46,400 nt of DNA from Flavobacteriales bacterium (GTDB lineage: Bacteria > Bacteroidota > Bacteroidia > NORP154), in contig DTRK01000002.1 of the NCBI GenBank assembly GCA_012965955.1, forward strand, positions 1 through 46,400, written 5' to 3'. Each line of letters begins with the position of its first letter. Positions within the stretch are counted from its first letter, which is position 1. The position numbers were made by a program, and so were the translations under genes. The notes under the pieces were generated by a model that was not told the DNA's origin, searched no databases, and worked only from the letters and a program-made list of their open reading frames with translations. This document shows, piece by piece, positions 1 to 9,355 of the stretch.

Positions 1-240
1 CTTCTTCAAAAGGTCAGCCACTACAAAGCCGTTGTGATGCACGTTTGCATAGATCGATGAAATTCCAGGCAGCCCGATATACCATTTATAATCTGAGCTC
101 GACGCAGGATTGGTGTACTTTACCTGTGGTATTGTGGACATGTGGTAAAGCGTAGCATCCAGTTGTGCAACGGCGGCTGGCCGCATCGCCAAGAGTATGA
201 AGGCAAGCATTAATAGGGGGTACTTGGAGAAAGGGCGCAT
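1..240 (-). CDS. Secreted or outer-membrane-type hypothetical protein; only the N-terminal 80 codons are present (gene runs off the left edge)
   Basis: My own reverse-strand translation from the ATG at 240..238 gives MRPFSKYPLLMLAFILLAMRPAAVAQ/LDATLYHMSTIPQVKYTNPASSSDYKWYIGLPGISSIY..., and the frame stays open to position 1. It has a clear signal peptide and starts 19 nt after the stop of the upstream lipoprotein gene. It is absent from the ORF track because it is truncated. Confidence 0.55.
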   Translation of the reverse strand, partial: MRPFSKYPLLMLAFILLAMRPAAVAQLDATLYHMSTIPQVKYTNPASSSDYKWYIGLPGISSIYANVHHNGFVVADLLKK

Positions 241-259
241 CATCCTAATAGACAGTTTC

Positions 260-1489
260 TTATTCTCCAATCTGAAGTTTTGCTTTGACTCCCAGCTTGA
301 CCTCAATCTCATAGTCCTGATATACTTTTACCAGGTCAAATCCGTCATTGCTCGTAGTGAGCCTGCCACGAACAATCATTTCCTGCGCCCTGCCCAGGTT
401 GTCGAGTCTTGCCTGGTTTACAAAGACCTGAGTTACTGTATGTCTAGGCGTCGACGTCCGCAGTGCGGGTGCAGGCCCAACAGACGCTCCTCTTAAGATA
501 AATGACTGACCATTGCGAAAGAGGGAGTCAATCACCACCTGGTTGGAGTCCATAAACAACAATTGCATCTCTACATCTACCGGGAAGTCATTGTATGTGT
601 TCACCATGAATAAGGCCTCAGTGACTACAACTTCTGAGCCCGATGGGTCATTGAGTCCTAACTCAAAAGGTATTGTATCTCCCAGAGAAACAAAATTTGC
701 GGTTCCATGGAGGGGAAGTTCTACCTCAACCTCAACGGAGAACTCGCTGGTGTCTAACACAAAAAATGTCGGGTCTGTTGACCCAGGATTGACATCTGCC
801 TGCACAGAATAAAAAATGTACTTAGGGTTAATTTGCAAGAAGTCCTTGATGTTGCTGTTGGTTTCATCAAATGTGTACACAGTTACAGCGGTGTCCCCCC
901 AGACTGTTGGATATGATGGGGATGAGGGGTTGTCGAGTGCTAAGTTAGGCGGTGCTGTGTTACCCCACAACTCTATTGGCAGCGTCCCATTGATAGGCGA
1001 ATAGGCATCCAAAACAACAAATGCTATATCAACGGGAACTCCGAGCGTAGAGGTGACAATCACCCGCACCGTTGGATTCTCAAAATAGAATGACCCGCCA
1101 ACAACTTTATTGTAAACCTCGAGGTTCATATCAAGAGAATCAATGGGAAGGAAAACGCCATGTGGCCCTCCAATTGAGGCCCCTGTTAAGGATCCTCCCG
1201 GCAATAGGCCTGGAATAAAAGTCTGCGCCCAGGCAGAGAATAGCGTGTCTTTATAGATGAGCAGCATAAGTCCATCAGGGTCTACTCCAAGTTCATCCTG
1301 GTCATTTTCTGCAGGGGCCATTATGTCTTCTACCGAAAGTTTGGAATGGACCAAGGGCATGGCAATCTCCGGCTGCCACGTACCAGTTTGAACCAGCGTG
1401 TTCAGGTCATACTCTTCCTTGACACAGGAAGAGACAGCCAATACCGATATGGCGCAAAGAGCTAAAAGACATTTGATGTTAGTTTGCAT
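260..1489 (-). CDS. Hypothetical lipoprotein (409 aa)
   Basis: ATG start. The N-terminus MQTNIKCLLALCAISVLAVSSC has a lipobox-like SSC. The rest is beta-rich with no motif I recognise. It is co-directional and closely spaced with its neighbours. Confidence 0.7.
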   Translation of the reverse strand: MQTNIKCLLALCAISVLAVSSCVKEEYDLNTLVQTGTWQPEIAMPLVHSKLSVEDIMAPAENDQDELGVDPDGLMLLIYKDTLFSAWAQTFIPGLLPGGSLTGASIGGPHGVFLPIDSLDMNLEVYNKVVGGSFYFENPTVRVIVTSTLGVPVDIAFVVLDAYSPINGTLPIELWGNTAPPNLALDNPSSPSYPTVWGDTAVTVYTFDETNSNIKDFLQINPKYIFYSVQADVNPGSTDPTFFVLDTSEFSVEVEVELPLHGTANFVSLGDTIPFELGLNDPSGSEVVVTEALFMVNTYNDFPVDVEMQLLFMDSNQVVIDSLFRNGQSFILRGASVGPAPALRTSTPRHTVTQVFVNQARLDNLGRAQEMIVRGRLTTSNDGFDLVKVYQDYEIEVKLGVKAKLQIGE

Positions 1490-1553
1490 TATAGAAAAGA
1501 CTTTAAGTTTCGTTCATAGACGGGCAAACTCCTAATGGTTGCCCGGAGTGACA

Positions 1554-4346
1554 TTACTCTAATGTGTAAATATACAATGTTCTTCCCGCTGCACCAGTGA
1601 CCAGATTTACCGTGCCACCCTCGTCGATTAAGCTAAAGGGGCTATTGCCGTATAAGGGAAATCCCAAGGATAGTGATCCATCTTTGTTGAACAACAGCAA
1701 TTCGTCTGACCTGTCGGCTACGATTCCTACTTTAGCAATATTCCCGGTTAAGCTGTAAATACCGGGCGAGTAAATGATATTGTTGTCAAAAGACTTGTTG
1801 ATAATAAGATTCTTATCAGCATTGTACACGAGCAGTTCAGATTGGTCCAGCAATAGGTAGTCCGATTGTCCGTCCCCGTCGATATCTCCATACTCAAAAT
1901 ATGGTGGGTGCTTATAGTGATCGAAGATCACACTATCCATCTTGTCGCCAAAGGAAATCTTGAAAATTCCTCCGGTTGAATCTGAAGCAAGCAGATAGGT
2001 GCTCTCTATAGAATTTCCCGTTTCAATGAAGTACCTGTCATTGTACAGGTACTTGAATCGCTTCTTAACCTTGATTCTTTCACTTCCTTTTCTGTCGACC
2101 GTATAGATTTTCCCATTGGAGTCGATAAAGAAGATGTAATCTTTGCCACTGAAGCTTAGATGAGAAAATGGCGCGTATACTGGAGCTGCTGTTTTATCAC
2201 ATTCCCATCCTTTCACAAATTTGCCATATATGTCATAGTTGTATATGCTGCCATCTTCGGTGGCAATTAAAATTCTGTATTTTTTGTTTTTGTCATAGTC
2301 AAATGCTTTAAGCCCATTTGTGGCGGCAGATTTTAGTTTAATAGGGTATTGCTCTACGTCTCGCCCCTTTCTATCCAACATGTGGAGGTGTGTCCGCGTG
2401 TTAAACAACAATTGCAGTTTGTTGTTCTTGTAAATGTCCACTTGCTGCACGTCTCCCAATATTTGCCCATCGAGTTCTTTTTTCCATAGCACATTCCCTG
2501 ATTTGTCAATCAGGTAAATCTGGTTGTTGTCGTCCTGAATAAAGATTTCGGAATTCTTGGAATAATGGTTCAAAACGATCCATGGTTTTCTGGTTAATGG
2601 GGCATCTAGCCGCGACTGTTTGAATAATTGAGCTCTTTCGGTATAGCCGGGGTTATAGCTCAGGAACAGGTTTGTGTAAAGCATTCGGTCCTCGTTATCC
2701 AGATATCCGGGGAGAGCACTCATACTATATTGAATACCAACCGCTTCGAACTCCTTTATCACCTCCATATTGCTCCTAATCTCTTCCGCAAGCTTGTCAG
2801 TGACTGCCCCCTGAAGTAATTTGCTCTTCAGGCAAATGGGTATGTTATAATAGACGTAACAGTTGGTTTGGGATGAAATGTTAGATGCAAATGATTGATA
2901 GTGTATGTCGCGCTGCAGGGTTCGTTCAGCCAGGTTTGCACCTATAAAAGACTTAATATCGTGAACAGAATTGCCAAAGATGAGATATTCATCAATTATA
3001 GTATAGAAATTTTCTTCCACTTCAGAAAAAGTTGGCCCCAGCAAATTGCCCCACACATTGCGCAAGCCAAGTACTCCAATAATGTGACCCCGGTATCGTT
3101 CAAGACTATCTGCTTTGTCAACTCCATTCGTAACACCAACCCTTACGGAGATATCTTTAAACAAGGGTTCACTTTCTTCCGCATCCCTCATTTTAATGAT
3201 GAAATAGTTGGTTATTGCTTCGCGGTTAGGATTTGGTGAATTGATGTTTCCGGTAGTTACTATCGCGAACTCCGACCCTATAACTGATAATAGGTCGTTT
3301 TGCAGGTCAAGGCTGTAATCTGCATTTAATTTGTCAATTCTGCGCTGGTAGTCGTACATGGTTTTATTACCACCCATGAAGAACTTAAATGCGGTATAAT
3401 AGCTTTCAAAATCGTCTATGCCAAAGTATGTGAACTTGGCGGTGTTATCAGGCATGATGTCCGTAACCTCTATTTCCTGAGGCGTTTGGCCGAAGAAGAC
3501 ACTAAAGAACTTATCCGAGGAATCCTCGGGCAGTGTCAATCCATTGAACATTAAGAAGTTCGGCTTGATCTTGAGATCTAGCGCTGACCAATTTGCCAAA
3601 CCTTCAATAGGTGCGAGTTCTTTGGCTGTCTTTGGATTTAGGAAGTTGCCCATCAATTTGGGAAACATCTGATAATTGATATAAACATTCGCATCAGCAT
3701 TTTCGCCAGAGGTAGCATGTACCTTAGCAAAGGCCGCATTCTTCGTTTTGTCGATAAGCGAGTTGCCCGAGTTAAGCTGCCGTATCGCATCTTCCACCAG
3801 CATGGGACTGAAGGATCCGATTAGGATTCCTTTTGATAACGTGTATGAAAAAGTTCTTCCTTCTCCTAAAGAGATATCAGATATGGTTACCTTATCATAT
3901 AATCGTTTCTCCACTGTCAAATCCCGAGAAGCTCTTATAAATACGTCATCTATTGTTGAGATTTGGCTGATGTTCTCAAGCCCAATGAGAAATAAGAAAT
4001 CATAGTCGTTAGCCCCCGTCAAATGAGCGGATATGAATGCGGGCCTACCCTTCACTAAAGCTGACACTTGTCCTTCAACTGATAGGATGGAGTCGAGGCA
4101 AGTGGTTTGGTCATTGAGGGCCTTAATAAACCCTATATCTGATAATGTTCTCCAAAAAGACGTGGTTTTTTCAAGAGATTGCCAGGCCTTTTGGAAATCA
4201 TTGCTCTCCATTATTATAGCTGCGTTAGATGGGATAGCATTGATCGCTTTGCTGGATGGAGATTTCAGCTGCTTGTAAAAGAGATAGCCGACCACTCCGG
4301 CTCCCAGAATCACTAGCACAAAAAAGGTTATCAGAATATTTCGCAT
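1554..4346 (-). CDS. Large membrane-anchored hypothetical protein (930 aa) with a C-terminal beta-propeller / FG-GAP-like region
   Basis: ATG start. It has a single N-terminal TM helix (ILITFFVLVILGAGVVGYLFY). The C-terminal ~350 aa contains repeated Y/F-x-hydrophobic-D-x-x-G-x-hydrophobic strands (IYLIDKSGNVLW, IYTVDRKGS, LLLFNKDGSL) and a Ca-binding-like DIDGDGQSDYLLLD motif. Confidence 0.75.
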   Translation of the reverse strand: MRNILITFFVLVILGAGVVGYLFYKQLKSPSSKAINAIPSNAAIIMESNDFQKAWQSLEKTTSFWRTLSDIGFIKALNDQTTCLDSILSVEGQVSALVKGRPAFISAHLTGANDYDFLFLIGLENISQISTIDDVFIRASRDLTVEKRLYDKVTISDISLGEGRTFSYTLSKGILIGSFSPMLVEDAIRQLNSGNSLIDKTKNAAFAKVHATSGENADANVYINYQMFPKLMGNFLNPKTAKELAPIEGLANWSALDLKIKPNFLMFNGLTLPEDSSDKFFSVFFGQTPQEIEVTDIMPDNTAKFTYFGIDDFESYYTAFKFFMGGNKTMYDYQRRIDKLNADYSLDLQNDLLSVIGSEFAIVTTGNINSPNPNREAITNYFIIKMRDAEESEPLFKDISVRVGVTNGVDKADSLERYRGHIIGVLGLRNVWGNLLGPTFSEVEENFYTIIDEYLIFGNSVHDIKSFIGANLAERTLQRDIHYQSFASNISSQTNCYVYYNIPICLKSKLLQGAVTDKLAEEIRSNMEVIKEFEAVGIQYSMSALPGYLDNEDRMLYTNLFLSYNPGYTERAQLFKQSRLDAPLTRKPWIVLNHYSKNSEIFIQDDNNQIYLIDKSGNVLWKKELDGQILGDVQQVDIYKNNKLQLLFNTRTHLHMLDRKGRDVEQYPIKLKSAATNGLKAFDYDKNKKYRILIATEDGSIYNYDIYGKFVKGWECDKTAAPVYAPFSHLSFSGKDYIFFIDSNGKIYTVDRKGSERIKVKKRFKYLYNDRYFIETGNSIESTYLLASDSTGGIFKISFGDKMDSVIFDHYKHPPYFEYGDIDGDGQSDYLLLDQSELLVYNADKNLIINKSFDNNIIYSPGIYSLTGNIAKVGIVADRSDELLLFNKDGSLSLGFPLYGNSPFSLIDEGGTVNLVTGAAGRTLYIYTLE

Positions 4347-4373
4347 TTGAGGACTTCCTATTGCGGCTTAAAA

Positions 4374-4985
4374 TTACAATGTTTGAATCATTTGGCCACC
4401 CTCAGCAGGGAGCAATCTAAAACTGGAACGGTGCAAGTCTGTAGCTCCGTATTGTTCTATCGCTGCTCTGTGCTTTTTGGTTGGGTACCCCTTGTTTTGA
4501 TTCCAGCCATATTCCGGCTGCTTTTCATGAAGGCCTAACATGAATTCATCCCTATGTGTCTTTGCGAGTACTGACGCAGCAGCGATTGACAGGTACTTTC
4601 CATCGCCTTTAATAATACAGTGGTGTTGTATGTTCTCATAGGGCCTAAACCTGTTACCATCAATTAACAACGCGTCAGGCCGCACTGACAATCCATCAAG
4701 AGCCAGATGCATACAGGAGATTGACGCTTGTAGTATATTTATCACGTCGATTTCATGATTATCGATCATGGCAACATTCCACGCGATCGCCTCTTCCTCA
4801 ATAATTGGCCTTAGCATGTCTCGTTGGCGTTCGGTTAATTGCTTGGAATCGTTGAGAAGGGGATGCTTGAACTTTCGTGGAAGAATAACCGCTGCTGCAA
4901 ATACGGGCCCTGCAAGACAGCCGCGCCCTGCCTCATCACATCCAGCCTCAACCAATGCCTTGTTCCTGTATCTTTTCAAGTTCAT
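4374..4985 (-). CDS. rnhB: Ribonuclease HII
   Basis: It carries the motif [22 protein letters not shown] and a later LIDGN motif. I prefer the start at MNLKRY (ATG 4985..4983), which forms an ATGA overlap with the upstream stop. The ORF-track start at 5039 would overlap the GT4 gene by 58 nt. Confidence 0.9.
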   Translation of the reverse strand: MNLKRYRNKALVEAGCDEAGRGCLAGPVFAAAVILPRKFKHPLLNDSKQLTERQRDMLRPIIEEEAIAWNVAMIDNHEIDVINILQASISCMHLALDGLSVRPDALLIDGNRFRPYENIQHHCIIKGDGKYLSIAAASVLAKTHRDEFMLGLHEKQPEYGWNQNKGYPTKKHRAAIEQYGATDLHRSSFRLLPAEGGQMIQTL

Positions 4986-6109
4986 AGTCCCAGTACCTTT
5001 TCCATTGATATCCAGAGTTTTTCCGCTGTTATGTCCCACGAGAACACCTCAGCCCGTTCAAGGCCTTGGGTGACTAATGCCTCATTATTATCAGGGTTGT
5101 TAGCCACGTCGCTCATCTTTTGCGCTATCGAATCCGGCGAATTAGGATCACAGAGCAAAGCTGCTCCGCCAGCTATTTCAGGCATGCAGGAGATGTCGGA
5201 TGTAATCACTGGAGTACCACATTTCATGGCTTCAATTATAGGAACACCAAAACCTTCGAAAAACGAAACGTATGTCATAGCCAGAGCAGCTGGAATAATA
5301 AATTTCAGTTCATCCGGTGCCGTATGACCTTTGAATATGACGTCATCTTTGAATTTCATTTCCTTATACGCGTTCTCAATTTCCGATGTCCACCACTTTT
5401 TCTCTCCGATGATCATTAATTTAACCTGGTTGGTAGAATTGGATTTGAACAGGTCAAATGCTCGAAAAAGGTTGGCAATATTCTTTCTGGGTAGGAGGGA
5501 ACCGATAAACAAGAAGTATGGATTCCCTGTAGCATATTTCTCTCGAGCTGCTGTCTTATCCTCCTCGGATATTGTCATGTAAATTTCGTTGGCCCCATTG
5601 TACACAACGTCGATGTCGTCTTCGTTAATACCGTACTTTGCAACAATATCTGCTTTAGAGTACTCAGAAACTGTTGCGATGCGAATGGCTTTACGCGCGA
5701 ATTTTGGGAAGAAGTACTTGTAATACCTTCGCGTCATCGCTGGCAGCTGTTCGGGAGAATGTTCAAAATTGATGTCATGAATGACCGGAATAGACCGGGT
5801 AGGGGTGTCGAGTGATAAATAGCCATCGGTGGATAAAAACAAATCTGCCCCTAATTGACCAAGGGCTCTTTGAACCGAGTACTCAAACCAGAGATAAAAC
5901 AGAACGGGATGTCGTGCAGGCAAGCCGATTTGTACTGGTATGATATTGTCAGAGAAAACAAACTCTTCACTATAGGGCCGATCGAAGAGGAAATAGAACT
6001 GGTGCTCAGGGTGGCTTTTGGTGATCCTTTTGAGCGTCTCAAAAGTGAACCAGCCGATGCCTTCCAGTTTATTCTTGAGTAACAGCCGGGTATTTACTGC
6101 GATCTTCAC
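4982..6109 (-). CDS. Glycosyltransferase, family 4 (GT-B fold)
   Basis: GTG start ([10 protein letters not shown]...). The C-terminal [21 protein letters not shown] motif is the E-x7-E signature of retaining GT4 enzymes. Confidence 0.85.
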   Translation of the reverse strand: MKIAVNTRLLLKNKLEGIGWFTFETLKRITKSHPEHQFYFLFDRPYSEEFVFSDNIIPVQIGLPARHPVLFYLWFEYSVQRALGQLGADLFLSTDGYLSLDTPTRSIPVIHDINFEHSPEQLPAMTRRYYKYFFPKFARKAIRIATVSEYSKADIVAKYGINEDDIDVVYNGANEIYMTISEEDKTAAREKYATGNPYFLFIGSLLPRKNIANLFRAFDLFKSNSTNQVKLMIIGEKKWWTSEIENAYKEMKFKDDVIFKGHTAPDELKFIIPAALAMTYVSFFEGFGVPIIEAMKCGTPVITSDISCMPEIAGGAALLCDPNSPDSIAQKMSDVANNPDNNEALVTQGLERAEVFSWDITAEKLWISMEKVLGL

Positions 6110-6206
6110 TTTTCAAGGATTGGACGAAAGTACTTATTAGAATTAATTTCTATACCTGATGAAATGAAAAAATGTGTTTTCTGTGGAATACAACCCTGTT
6201 TCTATC

Positions 6207-6214
6207 TATTTTTG
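6207..6214 (+). promoter_or_regulatory. Candidate Bacteroidota -7 promoter box (TATTTTTG) for pheT
   Basis: It matches TAnnTTTG exactly and lies 20 nt upstream of the pheT ATG. There is no clean TTG at -33. Confidence 0.3.
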
Positions 6215-6233
6215 TTCGATTAGAACGAAGTAA

Positions 6234-8648
6234 ATGAAGATCTCATATAATTGGCTGAAGGATTATATCGAATTGGATCAAAATCCAGCGGAACTCTCTG
6301 TACTGCTCACTGATTGCGGGCTTGAAGTAGAGGGTGCAGAAGAACATGAGTCCGTAAAGGGGAGCATGGAGGGACTGATCGTAGGAGAGGTCAAGACCAA
6401 AGACAAGCATAGCAACGCAGACAATCTTAGCGTAACTAGCGTAGATATAGGAACCGGGGAGATGTTGCCGATTGTTTGTGGAGCACCCAATGTGTCAGTT
6501 GGCCAGAAGGTGATTGTTGCGCCTCCGGGCGTTACCTTACATCCAATTGAAGGAGAGGCGTTTAAGATTAAGAAAACCAAGATTAGGGGCGAAGTGTCTA
6601 TGGGAATGATTTGTGCTGAGGACGAAATTGGACTCGGCATGGAGCACGATGGGATCATGGTCTTGGATGCCGATGCTGAAATTGGTGCTGACGCGAACAG
6701 GTATTTTGATATTTCCAGAGACACGATATTTGACATAGGCCTCACCCCAAACAGGATTGATGCAGCTTCTCATTTGGGAGTGGCTCGAGACCTGGTTGCT
6801 GTATTTGCGCATCGAGAAGCGGCGCCAGTCCTGAAGAGGCCTTCAGTAGAGGCGTTCCATGTCGACAATCACGATTTGAACATTGAAGTAGTGGTAGAGG
6901 ATGAGGTGGCATGCCCGAGATATTCTGGCCTTACCATGACCGGATTGAAGGTAGAGGCTTCACCAAAATGGCTTCAAAATAAGCTACAGGCGATTGGACT
7001 CAGTCCGATTAACAATGTGGTGGATATCACCAACTTTGTGTTACATGAGACAGGGCAACCTTTACACGCTTTTGACGCTGAAAAAATTGATGGAAGAAAA
7101 ATATTGATTAAAAAGCTTGATGAAGGGACTTCCTTTAAAACCCTTGACGAGGTTGATCGCAAGTTGTCAAAAGATGATCTCATGATTTGCAGTGCCACTC
7201 AGGGTATGTGTATAGCTGGTGTGTTTGGTGGTGTTGATTCTGGCGTAACGGAGGAATCCGCGAGTATATTCCTGGAAAGTGCCTATTTTGATCCGAAGAC
7301 TATACGAAAAACCGCCAGGCGACATGACCTTAATACGGAAGCATCTTTCAGATTTGAAAGAGGGGCAGACCCCAATATCACCGTTTATGCCTTGAAGCGG
7401 GCAGCCATGTTGTTAAAGGAAATTGCAGGAGGAAGCATTTCTTCGGCTATAGCTGACATCTATCCAAAGAAGATCGAGGATGTCAAGGTCAGGTTCAATT
7501 ACGCCAAAGCCGATCAATTGATAGGCCAACGGATTCGAAGAGATGTGATTAAGAGAATTTTTACGTCTCTGGAGATTGAGGTCATAGATGAATCCGATGA
7601 TCATTTGGAAGTTTTGATTCCTCCTTACAGGGTAGACGTTACCAGAGAGGTTGATTTGATCGAGGAGGTATTGAGGGTTTACGGCTATAATAATATTGAG
7701 GTCAGTGATACAGCACATTTTACATTCGCCACTAACAGCCACAATGCCGTTAATGTAATTGAGGTGGTATCTGAGCTTTTATCTTCTTCGGGCTTTTCAG
7801 AGATCATGAACAATTCTATCACCAGGTCCTCCTATTATGGCGATGCGGATGGCATTGTTACCATAATGAATCCGCTTAACGCTGAGCTTGATGTGATGCG
7901 AAAAACGCTCTTGTACGGGGGACTGGAATCTGTTGCCAGAAACCAGAACCACCAGCGGCCGGATGTTAAATTTTATGAGTTCGGGAAATCATACTTCGTC
8001 AAGGAGGATGGAACATACGGTGAACAAAATGCTTTGACCATCCTTATATCTGGTATAATTGACGCAGAAAGGTGGAATACTGAGAAAAAGCAAGTGAATT
8101 ACTATTACCTGAAGGGAGCCGTAGATAAGGTTATTGCGAAGTTGGGCATATCGAAACCAGGGGTATCAATTGAATCTGTTAATTCCGGTCAATTGAATGG
8201 TGAAGCCTACAGCATCTTAAAGAAAAACGTAGTAAAGTTTGGCGAGTTGAACAGTTCTGTTCTGCAAAAATTCGACATAAAGAACCCTGTTTTTTATGCT
8301 GTGTTTAATTGGGACAATGTAGAGTCGTTAATGAATGTCAATAAGACCAGGTTCAAGGAGATTCCAAAGTATCCAGCAGTAAAGCGGGACCTTGCATTAC
8401 TCATTGACTCGAGTGTTAGATTTGAAGAGATTGAAAGGCTGGCTAAGAGTGCGGAGAAGAAACGGCTGAAGAGCGTGAATCTTTTTGACGTGTATGAGGG
8501 GGGTACGATCAAGAAGGGCAAGAAGTCATACGCTGTTAGTTACGTAATCCAGGATGAGTCCAAGACTTTGAAGGACTCCGATGTAGACAAGATCATGGGA
8601 AAGTTGATGGATGTTTACAAAAAAGAGTTAGGAGCAGAAATCAGGTGA
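6234..8648 (+). CDS. pheT: Phenylalanine--tRNA ligase beta subunit
   Basis: It has the canonical N-terminus MKISYNWLKDYI, a length of 804 aa, and tRNA-binding, B3/4, B5 and anticodon-binding-like segments. Confidence 0.95.
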   Translation: MKISYNWLKDYIELDQNPAELSVLLTDCGLEVEGAEEHESVKGSMEGLIVGEVKTKDKHSNADNLSVTSVDIGTGEMLPIVCGAPNVSVGQKVIVAPPGVTLHPIEGEAFKIKKTKIRGEVSMGMICAEDEIGLGMEHDGIMVLDADAEIGADANRYFDISRDTIFDIGLTPNRIDAASHLGVARDLVAVFAHREAAPVLKRPSVEAFHVDNHDLNIEVVVEDEVACPRYSGLTMTGLKVEASPKWLQNKLQAIGLSPINNVVDITNFVLHETGQPLHAFDAEKIDGRKILIKKLDEGTSFKTLDEVDRKLSKDDLMICSATQGMCIAGVFGGVDSGVTEESASIFLESAYFDPKTIRKTARRHDLNTEASFRFERGADPNITVYALKRAAMLLKEIAGGSISSAIADIYPKKIEDVKVRFNYAKADQLIGQRIRRDVIKRIFTSLEIEVIDESDDHLEVLIPPYRVDVTREVDLIEEVLRVYGYNNIEVSDTAHFTFATNSHNAVNVIEVVSELLSSSGFSEIMNNSITRSSYYGDADGIVTIMNPLNAELDVMRKTLLYGGLESVARNQNHQRPDVKFYEFGKSYFVKEDGTYGEQNALTILISGIIDAERWNTEKKQVNYYYLKGAVDKVIAKLGISKPGVSIESVNSGQLNGEAYSILKKNVVKFGELNSSVLQKFDIKNPVFYAVFNWDNVESLMNVNKTRFKEIPKYPAVKRDLALLIDSSVRFEEIERLAKSAEKKRLKSVNLFDVYEGGTIKKGKKSYAVSYVIQDESKTLKDSDVDKIMGKLMDVYKKELGAEIR

Positions 8649-8677
8649 AACATCTTTGATTCAGGAATGTTGTTTTG

Positions 8678-9355
8678 ATGCTTGTTCGCAAACCCATTGA
8701 ACCGTATAAGATCGCCGCTTACGCTGGACTGGTAGGGTGTACCACTATTATTATGTGCACATTTATTACGGCCTGGATGTTCGAGGAAGCCGGTGAACCA
8801 TACTCAATATTGAATCACTTTATATCAGAGTTGGGCCATACGCAGCGAAGTGCCTATTTCTGGGTTTTCAACAGCGGACTCATTTTCGGCGGGGCCTTTA
8901 TGATAATTTTTGCCCTGGGCATACGGCTTGGGTTTACCGGAAAACTGCGGGACACGATTAGCGTAATGGCATTTATCGCAGCTATATCTTGTTCACTTGT
9001 GGGTGTTTTCCCGGTGGACGATTTTGAGAATCACGTGACAGTAGCACTGAGCTTTTTCGGGATGGGATTGATAACGATCCTGGTTGTGACAACCCTGACT
9101 CTTATGGGGAAGACCCCCAACTTGCCAAAAGCCTCTATTATTCCGGGTATTATCACCGCAGCCGCTTTTGCTGGCTTCTTGTTTTCACCCAGTGACTTGT
9201 TCATGAGATGGGTGGAAGCTCCAGATGATTTTGTGCGACCCGCCATTTGGCACAAGCCCATGATAGAATGGGTATGCTTCTTTAGCATGCAGGGGTGGAT
9301 TATTATGGTGTCGTGGATACAGCTAGTGCAGCCTACTTCTTCACGTGATTCGTGA
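8678..9355 (+). CDS. Multi-pass membrane protein, possibly DUF998-like
   Basis: About 6 hydrophobic helices. The ISELG...FNSGLIFGG segment resembles DUF998 as I remember it. The ORF-track start at 8675 is TTG, and an ATG follows immediately at 8678. Confidence 0.6.
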   Translation: MLVRKPIEPYKIAAYAGLVGCTTIIMCTFITAWMFEEAGEPYSILNHFISELGHTQRSAYFWVFNSGLIFGGAFMIIFALGIRLGFTGKLRDTISVMAFIAAISCSLVGVFPVDDFENHVTVALSFFGMGLITILVVTTLTLMGKTPNLPKASIIPGIITAAAFAGFLFSPSDLFMRWVEAPDDFVRPAIWHKPMIEWVCFFSMQGWIIMVSWIQLVQPTSSRDS

